From the NCBI RefSeq assembly GCF_000020025.1, contig NC_010631.1, positions 90,001 to 122,000 on the forward strand: a stretch of 32,000 bases of DNA. Direction: 5' to 3'. Of this stretch, positions 24,448 to 31,755 are shown piece by piece. Both the position numbers and the translations under genes were made by a program. This DNA is from Nostoc punctiforme PCC 73102 (GTDB lineage Bacteria; Cyanobacteriota; Cyanobacteriia; Cyanobacteriales; Nostocaceae). The notes beneath the pieces are model-generated. The model saw nothing but the letters and a program-made list of their open reading frames with translations, had not been told where the DNA came from and did no database searches. Within the stretch, counting starts at the first letter, position 1, and each line of letters begins with the position of its first letter.

Positions 24448-26865
24448 ATGACTGCTTTTATTTTTAATTTAAAAGTTCAACAATTCGATCAACTTTGTGC
24501 ATTTGAACTATCTTGGGGTAAGGGTCAGCAACTTGGTGTAACACTTGCCTATCCTAATGATCTGGATTTCAAATACCAAGAATGGCAGCGAATTTATCTA
24601 CGTTTTTATAACACAAAATTGCGAAGTAGAGTAGAAGAAATTGGCAGTTTTACTGCACCGCCTGTTGATTGGCACTTGCAACTAGTCCAGGCAGAAGCAC
24701 AACTTTTATCGGAATTTCATCACTGGTTACGGAGTGCTGAATTACATGAAATTCGTGCAACAATTGCTCAAGCAACCAGAAAAGATGAGCATCCTAATGT
24801 TGATCTTTTTCTCACTTGCAATCCTTTAGATTTAGCACGATTACCTTGGGAAGCTTGGGAAATTGGTACGGAATTTAGTTCATCATCTAGTAAAATTAGG
24901 ATTGTTCGTACACCAATAAATAGGCGAGAAACTGTTTCTTCTCCTCATGATCGCCGTTCTGGTAAAACCAGAATTTTAGTGATTCTTGGTGATGAAACTG
25001 GTTTAGACTTTCAAGCAGAAAAGCAGGCTATGATTTTTTTAAAATCAGTGGCAAAAGTAGAATTTATTGGTTGGCAACCTCAAGAAAGTATCCCGGAATT
25101 AAAAACTAAGATTGTCCAGGCGATCGCCTCTGAATCAGGATGGGATATTTTATTATTTGCTGGTCATAGTAATGAAACTAATTTGACTGGGGGAGAAATA
25201 GCGATCGCTCCCAATACAGCTTTATCAATTAGTGAAATAGCACAGCCATTAATTATTGCTAAACAGAGAGGATTGCAGTTTGCTATTTTCAATTCTTGTA
25301 ATGGTTTAAGCATTGCTAATAAACTGATTGATTTAGGTTTAAGTCAAGTAGCCGTCATGCGCGAACCTATCCACAATCAAGTGGCTGGCGAATTTTTATT
25401 AGAATTTATCAAAGCTTTAGCCCAATATCAAGATGTCCATGAATCGATGATTACAGCTGCTCAACATCTGAAACTAGAAAACTCTCTTACTTATCCTAGT
25501 GCTTATTTAATTCCTTCTTTATTTTGCCATCCAGAAGCAACTTTGTTTCGCTTTCAACCCTCTGGAATCAAGCCATTTATCCAATATTGGCGACTTAGCC
25601 GCAAAGAAGCGATCGCCCTCTCCATTTTATTATTAATTAGTTTAATTTTACCTGTACAAACTTTCTTATTACAGTGGCGTGTATGGGTACAGGCTATCTA
25701 TCGTGACACAACAAATCAATCTATCACCTCAACAAGTCCGCCACCAGTATTATTAGTACAAATTGATGAGGATTCTATTATTAAAGCTAAAATATCTGAT
25801 CCTAAACCAATTGATTATAAGTATTTAGCAAGTTTAATTGACCGACTCTCAGCCGATAAAGCTAAAGTCATCGGTATTGATTATCTACTCTCTAGACATC
25901 AACCGCAAAGCGATCGCATCCTCGCTAAGTCTATTCAAGCTGCTGTTAGTTCTCCCAATCATACATTGTTTGTGTTTGCAGCCACCGGGAATCAGAATAA
26001 GAAATGGTTACAACCATTGCCGGAAATTGCTAACTTTAATTGGAGTTTATCAGGAGACATTAAGTTTTATCCTTGGTATATATCATTATTACCTCATGAT
26101 GATTTTCAAACTCAGCCTTGGTATTTTTCTAATTTATTAGTTTTGGGACAGCAATTACAACAAATTTCTGATGCACCACAGCCAAAATTAGATAGTCAAA
26201 CAGATTATTTTCAACAGATGGGAGATGTTTCTCCAAGGAATTTAAAATCTCATCGAATTATTTTACAATCACCGCGATCGCGTCTGCAATTAATAACAGC
26301 TTTGAGTTATCAACTATGGCAAATGTGGCTGCATCCAATCGCTGATTTTTCAATTCCACCCAATCAGATATACCATACTATCCCAGCTTGGAAAGTCCTA
26401 GAAAATCAAACTCCACCTCAAAACTTACAGCAGCAAGTTGTGATTATTATTCCTGGTGGATATGACGAAGCTGGCATTTCCCAAGATGGAGAAGATAATT
26501 TCGCAGATGCAAATTTACCACCAGCTATTAAATACTGGCAGCCTAACACTAATTTATTCACAGGTGGTGAGTATCATGCCTATATGATACATCATTTACT
26601 GAATCAGAGATTGGTTGTACCGATTCCTGATTTCTGGGTAACTGGCATAGCTCTATTATTAGGAAAAATACTGTATCTACAACAAAAAAATAGAAAATAT
26701 CGTTGGCAATGGTTGTTGCTGATGACAATATTCACAGGGATTTATGGAATAATCAGTTTGCAGTTATACATTTCAACAACGGCAATACTTTTGCCTTGTT
26801 TCTTACCATCAATCGGCTTGTGGGTTTACTTTGTCCCTAATCTTTTATCAAGTAAAAAATCATGA
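24448..26865 (+). CDS. CHAT-domain protease fused to a transmembrane CHASE2 sensor domain (805 aa)
   Basis: The N-terminal CHAT region has RILVILGDETGLD, His LLFAGHSNETN and Cys FAIFNSCNGLSIA. A TM helix follows (AIALSILLLISLILPVQTFLL). The CHASE2-like periplasmic region reads VLLVQIDEDSI...YLASLIDRLSADKAKVIGIDYLL. Three C-terminal TM helices close the protein. Confidence 0.8.
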   Translation: MTAFIFNLKVQQFDQLCAFELSWGKGQQLGVTLAYPNDLDFKYQEWQRIYLRFYNTKLRSRVEEIGSFTAPPVDWHLQLVQAEAQLLSEFHHWLRSAELHEIRATIAQATRKDEHPNVDLFLTCNPLDLARLPWEAWEIGTEFSSSSSKIRIVRTPINRRETVSSPHDRRSGKTRILVILGDETGLDFQAEKQAMIFLKSVAKVEFIGWQPQESIPELKTKIVQAIASESGWDILLFAGHSNETNLTGGEIAIAPNTALSISEIAQPLIIAKQRGLQFAIFNSCNGLSIANKLIDLGLSQVAVMREPIHNQVAGEFLLEFIKALAQYQDVHESMITAAQHLKLENSLTYPSAYLIPSLFCHPEATLFRFQPSGIKPFIQYWRLSRKEAIALSILLLISLILPVQTFLLQWRVWVQAIYRDTTNQSITSTSPPPVLLVQIDEDSIIKAKISDPKPIDYKYLASLIDRLSADKAKVIGIDYLLSRHQPQSDRILAKSIQAAVSSPNHTLFVFAATGNQNKKWLQPLPEIANFNWSLSGDIKFYPWYISLLPHDDFQTQPWYFSNLLVLGQQLQQISDAPQPKLDSQTDYFQQMGDVSPRNLKSHRIILQSPRSRLQLITALSYQLWQMWLHPIADFSIPPNQIYHTIPAWKVLENQTPPQNLQQQVVIIIPGGYDEAGISQDGEDNFADANLPPAIKYWQPNTNLFTGGEYHAYMIHHLLNQRLVVPIPDFWVTGIALLLGKILYLQQKNRKYRWQWLLLMTIFTGIYGIISLQLYISTTAILLPCFLPSIGLWVYFVPNLLSSKKS

Positions 26866-27605
26866 ATAAATTGCTGTTTTATACGTTATCATTATCAGTA
26901 ATAGCTTTGAGTACTGCACCTGTTTTATCAAATCAACCAATACCTACTCAACCAAAGCAACCACAGTCGTTTATATCTTGGATTTCCCAAGCTATCTTTA
27001 AAAAAGAACCGCCGATACAGCCACGCAAAGGTGGTTCTCGCCCGACTGTACGTGATACTAATGATATCTGCATGATTTCTCCAGATGAACCAGAGACTAC
27101 TAGAATTGTTTGGAGCGATCGCCCTTTATTTATTTGGGAAGGTAAGGTAAAAAAAATAGTAGTGCTTAATAAAAATACTGGTAAAAAGTGGACTCAACCA
27201 GTAACTGAGACTCCAAATATTTATACTTACACAGGAGATGAACCACTAGAACCAGGCCAAACCTACGAATGGCGAGTGTTTTTTGAAGATAGTCTGTCTC
27301 AAAAAGAATTGTCTAGTGGTGTTAATTTTCAAGTGATGGAAGCACAACAACGCGATCGCATTACCGCAGACTTACAGAATTTAGAAAAACAACTCAAAGC
27401 CGAAAATAAAGATAACGAAGCGATCGCTCTTGCCAAAGCCAAATATTTTGCCGAAAATCAATTATGGTCAGATGTCTTGCAGCAATTGTATTCTATACAA
27501 ACAACGTCTACTGATTTAGACGCATTTCGTAAAGACATTTCTCGCAAGTTATGTGATCCACCTACGGAAGTTAGCCATAATTCCCCCAAGCGTGAGTCTC
27601 GATAA
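26862..27605 (+). CDS. DUF928-like periplasmic protein (signal peptide), translationally coupled to the CHAT-CHASE2 gene
   Basis: The signal peptide is MNKLLFYTLSLSVIALSTAPVLS. The segment PRKGGSRPTVRD..C, followed by SDRPLFIWEGKVKKIVVL and EPGQTYEWRVF, resembles the DUF928 pattern. There is an ATGA start/stop overlap at 26862-26865. Confidence 0.55.
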   Translation: MNKLLFYTLSLSVIALSTAPVLSNQPIPTQPKQPQSFISWISQAIFKKEPPIQPRKGGSRPTVRDTNDICMISPDEPETTRIVWSDRPLFIWEGKVKKIVVLNKNTGKKWTQPVTETPNIYTYTGDEPLEPGQTYEWRVFFEDSLSQKELSSGVNFQVMEAQQRDRITADLQNLEKQLKAENKDNEAIALAKAKYFAENQLWSDVLQQLYSIQTTSTDLDAFRKDISRKLCDPPTEVSHNSPKRESR

Positions 27606-27694
27606 TTCTCGTCGTCTCCTAACGATAATTCCTGGGAACGGTACGAGCGTTTGAGTATTGGTAACGACAACTTTTACATTCCTAACGACATTTG

Positions 27695-27754
27695 TAGCGT
27701 CATCACAACTGATAAGCCGATTCTAACAATAGCTTATCAGTTGTGATGACGCTA
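27695..27754 (+). terminator. Perfect 23-bp stem / 14-nt loop hairpin followed by a T-rich tract; likely terminator of the CHAT-CHASE2/DUF928 operon
   Basis: The left arm is TAGCGTCATCACAACTGATAAGC (27695-27717). The right arm is GCTTATCAGTTGTGATGACGCTA (27732-27754). The tract ATTTTATT follows. Confidence 0.65.
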
Positions 27755-27824
27755 ATTTTATTCCATAGATAAACTAGCATTTCCTTTACCTTTATCGAAA
27801 AATTTTTCATCTCTACTAAATTTT

Positions 27825-27862
27825 TTTGCATATCCTCCCAACACCTCAGAGATATATATATG
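27825..27862 (+). promoter_or_regulatory. Copy D of the bipartite upstream motif: TTTGCATATCCTCCCAACACCTCAGAGATATATATATG
   Basis: It lies about 76 nt upstream of the ATG at 27939 of the small TPR gene. Confidence 0.45.
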
Positions 27863-27938
27863 CGTGAACCAACAAGTCTACTTCTGCACAAGACTAGTTA
27901 GAAACTTAGCAAAACTTAGTATCTTAGGAGACATAGCA

Positions 27939-28454
27939 ATGAAGGGTTTGAAATTAGCAGTAGCGATGATTGCATTAGTAACATTGACTCTCACTCCCAA
28001 AGCTGAAGCCAAAAGCTTGTTCCACAATCAACAAACATCAACAGTTACTGCATAACTTCCCAACTCGCAAACTGAAAACAAGAGTGACACTGAAGCTTAC
28101 CTCCAACAAGGAATTGAGCTTTTAGACTCAAAAGACTATCAAGGAGCCATAGATGAATTTAACAAAATCCTGGAGATTGAACCCAAAAATATTTATGCTT
28201 ACGTTGGCAGAGGTGCTGCCAAGATGTACTTAGAACAGTATCAAGCAGCAAAGACAGACTTTGATACAGCCTTAGAAATTACTCCTGATATTTCTTTAGC
28301 CTACTATTTTCGGGGTTTTACCAATTATGCCTTAAAAGACAAACCAGCAGCGATCGCTGATTTACGCAAAGCATCCACACTGTTTAAACAAGAAAACAAA
28401 CTGGATTTAGCTCAAAAAGCGGACAGCGCAGCTAAAGAGATAGAAGCTAGCTAA
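27939..28454 (+). pseudogene. Small signal-peptide TPR protein interrupted by one in-frame TAA (28053-28055)
   Basis: An AGGAG sequence lies 8 nt upstream of the ATG at 27939. The signal peptide is MKGLKLAVAMIALVTLTLTPKAEA. The same frame stays open after the TAA through 28454 and encodes TPR units (YLQQGIELLDSKDYQGAIDEFNKILEIEPKNIYAYVGRGAAKMYLEQYQAAKTDFDTALEITPD...). The ORF-track pieces 27864-28055 and 28224-28454 are in the same frame. Confidence 0.55.
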
Positions 28455-28550
28455 AGCATTGCATAATTTTTATGACTGATGCAACAACCGGGTTTGCAAG
28501 ATATAAGTTTGTGAACCCAGTTTCTTTTTTACTCAAACACAAGCAAAATT

Positions 28551-28584
28551 ATTGCATATCCTCTGAAAACTGAGAGATATATAC
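28551..28584 (+). promoter_or_regulatory. Copy E of the bipartite upstream motif: ATTGCATATCCTCTGAAAACTGAGAGATATATAC
   Basis: It lies about 30 nt upstream of the ATG at 28615. Confidence 0.45.
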
Positions 28585-28614
28585 CACTGAGTTAGTCTGC
28601 TGAAGAATTCGTCT

Positions 28615-31600
28615 ATGCACCACCGTCTGAAATACCTTACCGTTGCTACAGTCTTATTTCCCCTTGTCACCTTGTCACCTTGTCTCCCACTCTCCTCTCC
28701 CTTAGTGGTGCAAGCGCAAACGACACAACAGCCTAGTGCTGAAGCTTTGCAATTATTGCAAATTGGTATTCAACAATATAAGAATGGTGCGTTACAAGAA
28801 GCATTACAAACATTTCAAAAATTACTTCCCATTCTCAGGACAAATGGTAACGAAAAGATAGAAGCAATGACTCTTAACGTTATTGGGAGAATTTACGTAA
28901 ATTTAGGATATTATCCCCAAGCTTTGACAGCTTGTCAGCAAGCTTTAGCTCTGGTTAAACAAATTGGAGAAAAGGCAGAAGAAGGTGCTTCTCTTAATAA
29001 TATTGGCAATATTTATAATAGTTGGGGACAGTCTGCCAAAGCTTTAGAGTTTTATCAGCAAGCTTTAACCATTAGCAAACAAATCGATGACAAACTATTA
29101 GAAGGGCTAAGTTTGAACAATATTGGCACAGTTTACTCCAGTTGGGGAGAATATGCCAAAGCCTTGGAATTTTATCAGCAAGCTTTAGTCATTTACAAAC
29201 AAGTTGGCAACAAAATGGAGGAAGCAACAACCTTCAACAATATTGGCAATATTTATAATAGTTGGGGAGAGTATACCAAAGCTTTGGAAGCTTATCAGCA
29301 AGCTTTAGCTATTGTTAAGCAAGCTAGTAACAAAGTAGGGGAAGCTTCAACCCTTAACAATATTGGATTGACTTACAATAGCCAGGGAAATTACAACAAA
29401 GCCTTGGAATTGCATCAGCAAGCTTTAGCTATTCTCCAACAACTTGACAATAAACGGGAAGAAGCAACAACTCTCAGCGCTATTGGATTGGCTTACAACA
29501 AACAAGGCCAATATGTAAAAGCGGTGGAATTTCATCAGCAGGCTTTAACTATTTTCAAACACATCGGGAACAAATGGGGAGAAGCAGCAACTCTCAACAA
29601 TATTGGAGATGTTTACCGTAATTTGGGAGAGTATACCAAAGCTTTAGGATTGTTTCAGCAAGCTTCAGCTATTTTCAAACAAATTGCTGATCAAGCAGGT
29701 GAAGGAACAACTCTCAACAACATTGCCTTTGTTTACAATAATCAAGGACAGTACGCCAAAGCTTTGGCAGCTTATCAGCAAGCTTTAGCTATTCGCAAAC
29801 AAATCAATCAAAAAGCGTTGGTAGGAGAAAGCCTTAATAATATTGGCTCTGTTTACGATAATTTGGGGCAGTCCGATCAAGCATTGAAGTTTTATCAGCA
29901 AGCTTTAGCTATTTTCAAACAAATTGGAAGCAAAGCAGGTGAAGGTAAAAGTTTGAACAACATTGCCTTTATTTATAACAATTCTGAACAGTATGATAAA
30001 GCATTGAAGTTTTATCAAGAATCTTTAACTATTCTCCAACAGATTGGTGACAAAGCAGGCGAAGGCAAAACTTTTCATAATATTGGAGAAGTTTATCAAA
30101 GGCAAAGACAATATATAAAAGCCTTTAAAATTTATCAGGAATCTTTAAGTATTTTTAAACAAATCGGCGATAAAGCAGGTGAAGGCATAACTCTTAATAA
30201 TATTGGTGGGGTTTATTATAACCAGGGAGAGTATGCCAAAGCTTTGGAATTCCATCAGGAAGCTTTAGCAATTGTCAAACAAGTTGGTGATAAAGCGGCA
30301 GAAGGAACATATCTTAATAATATTGGTTCAGCTTACGAGAAATTAGGACAATATGATAATGCTGAAAAAACGCTATTTACCGCAATTGAGATTTGGGAAG
30401 ATTTGCGAAAGAATGGATTAACTGATGCTCATAAAATTTCCATCTTTGAAAAACAAGCCGAAACCTACCGCTTTCTGCAAAAAGCATTAATTGCCCAGAA
30501 TAAAATTAATTCTGCACTAGAAGTAAGCGATCGCGCCAAATCTAGAGCCTTTATTGAGTTACTAGCCTCAAAGCAATTAGAAAAACCAAACCCACTATTA
30601 AATATCAAACCCCTCGCACTCCAGCAAATTAAAAACGTCGCCAAGGTTGAGAATGCAACCCTTGTGCAGTATTCAATTATTGGCAATGAAGCACTCTACA
30701 TTTGGGTAATTAAACCTACAGGTGAAATAGCTTTTGAGCAAGTTGACTTGAAAAAAAGTCTAAATACTTCTCTAGAAAACCTTGTTATTAACAACCGTAA
30801 AACTCTGGGTGTGAGAAGTCGGGGTATTAAAGTGGAACCTAAAAGTGGCGGTAATCAAAAACAGCAGTTACAAAAACTCTATGAAATACTAATCAAACCC
30901 ATCGCCCAATATTTACCAAAAGATTCTAATGCTCGTGTTATCTTCGTTTCTCAAGAATCGTTGTTTCTTGTACCTTTTCCAGCATTGCAAGATGAGCAAG
31001 GCGAGTACTTAATCGATAAACATACTATCCTGACTGTACCTGCCATTCAAGTGTTAGATTTAACCACCAAGCAGAAGCATAACCTTAACAAGTCTGCAAA
31101 AGATGTGCTGGTTATTGGCAATCCTATCATGCCTAAAATTCCCATTACAAATGAACAGTTGTCATCCCTTCCTGGTGCAGAAACAGAAGCAATACAGATT
31201 GCAGATTTATTTAAAACCAAAGCAATTATAGGTAGCAAAGCTACCGAGACAGCCATTGTCCCGAAGATGAGCAAAGCTAGGATAATTCATTTTGCTACCC
31301 ACGGCTTACTTGATGATTTTAAAGGATTCGGTGTGCCTGGTGCGATCGCCTTTGCTCCTAGTAATCAAGACGACGGCTTCCTAACATCAGGCGAAATTCT
31401 CGACATGAAACTCAACGCCGAACTCATTGTCCTTAGTGCTTGCAACACTGGAGGCGGAAATATTACAGGCGATGGTGTTATTGGTTTATCGCGTTCTTTG
31501 ATCACTGCTGGAGTACCCAGCGTCATCGTATCCCTGTGGGATGTGAATGATAATTCCACCGCCTTTTTAATGAGCGAATTTTATGATCATTTCCAGCAAA

Positions 31601-31707
31601 ATCCCGATAAAGCTGTAGCGTTACGCAAAGCAATGCTCACTACCAAAAAGCGATATACAAATCCTCTTTACTGGGCTGCCTTTACCCTCATTGGTGAAGC
31701 AGATTAA
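28615..31707 (+). CDS. Secreted TPR-repeat / CHAT-domain protein, 1030 aa (13 TPR units)
   Basis: The signal peptide is MHHRLKYLTVATVLFPLVTLSPCLPLSSPLVVQAQ. Thirteen 40-aa TPR units follow. The CHAT dyad is His IIHFATHGLLDD and Cys IVLSACNTGGG, and the C-terminus reads WAAFTLIGEAD. Confidence 0.9.
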   Translation: MHHRLKYLTVATVLFPLVTLSPCLPLSSPLVVQAQTTQQPSAEALQLLQIGIQQYKNGALQEALQTFQKLLPILRTNGNEKIEAMTLNVIGRIYVNLGYYPQALTACQQALALVKQIGEKAEEGASLNNIGNIYNSWGQSAKALEFYQQALTISKQIDDKLLEGLSLNNIGTVYSSWGEYAKALEFYQQALVIYKQVGNKMEEATTFNNIGNIYNSWGEYTKALEAYQQALAIVKQASNKVGEASTLNNIGLTYNSQGNYNKALELHQQALAILQQLDNKREEATTLSAIGLAYNKQGQYVKAVEFHQQALTIFKHIGNKWGEAATLNNIGDVYRNLGEYTKALGLFQQASAIFKQIADQAGEGTTLNNIAFVYNNQGQYAKALAAYQQALAIRKQINQKALVGESLNNIGSVYDNLGQSDQALKFYQQALAIFKQIGSKAGEGKSLNNIAFIYNNSEQYDKALKFYQESLTILQQIGDKAGEGKTFHNIGEVYQRQRQYIKAFKIYQESLSIFKQIGDKAGEGITLNNIGGVYYNQGEYAKALEFHQEALAIVKQVGDKAAEGTYLNNIGSAYEKLGQYDNAEKTLFTAIEIWEDLRKNGLTDAHKISIFEKQAETYRFLQKALIAQNKINSALEVSDRAKSRAFIELLASKQLEKPNPLLNIKPLALQQIKNVAKVENATLVQYSIIGNEALYIWVIKPTGEIAFEQVDLKKSLNTSLENLVINNRKTLGVRSRGIKVEPKSGGNQKQQLQKLYEILIKPIAQYLPKDSNARVIFVSQESLFLVPFPALQDEQGEYLIDKHTILTVPAIQVLDLTTKQKHNLNKSAKDVLVIGNPIMPKIPITNEQLSSLPGAETEAIQIADLFKTKAIIGSKATETAIVPKMSKARIIHFATHGLLDDFKGFGVPGAIAFAPSNQDDGFLTSGEILDMKLNAELIVLSACNTGGGNITGDGVIGLSRSLITAGVPSVIVSLWDVNDNSTAFLMSEFYDHFQQNPDKAVALRKAMLTTKKRYTNPLYWAAFTLIGEAD
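28786..30345 (+). repeat. Thirteen tandem 120-bp TPR coding units
   Basis: The units are 40 aa long, with recurring TATCAGCAAGCTTTAGCTATT...AACAATATTGG cores. Confidence 0.85.
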
Positions 31708-31755
31708 AGCACATAAATTATTAAGTATCAGCATACATAATAAGATAATGTCAAT

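Noticed and set aside
7410-26140. Same-strand alternative-frame ORFs nested in large genes: 7410-7637, 11991-12200, 12970-13161, 14426-14608, 20312-20593 and 25838-26140.
   Set aside because: Each is fully contained in a much longer ORF with clear family motifs. None has independent evidence of coding.
27864-27938. Upstream extension (start at 27864) of the small signal-peptide ORF.
   Set aside because: The extension overlaps motif copy D and would bury the signal peptide internally. The ATG at 27939 has an AGGAG RBS and yields a canonical N-terminal signal peptide.
9163-31559. Antisense ORFs: 9163-9384, 13780-13968, 16293-16529, 17075-17436, 18373-18561, 20020-20631, 22176-23027, 24212-24424, 27458-27891, 30465-30686 and 31047-31559.
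   Set aside because: They are short antisense shadows of well-supported genes, or they run through hairpin or repeat DNA (27703-27891 crosses the 23-bp hairpin). No motifs were seen in any of them.
21040-31707. TPR-CHAT proteins as type III-E CRISPR (Craspase/Csx29-like) components.
   Set aside because: The window has no gRAMP/Cas7-11 gene, other cas gene or CRISPR array. These proteins also carry N-terminal signal peptides, which implies a periplasmic or secreted location incompatible with a cytoplasmic CRISPR effector role.
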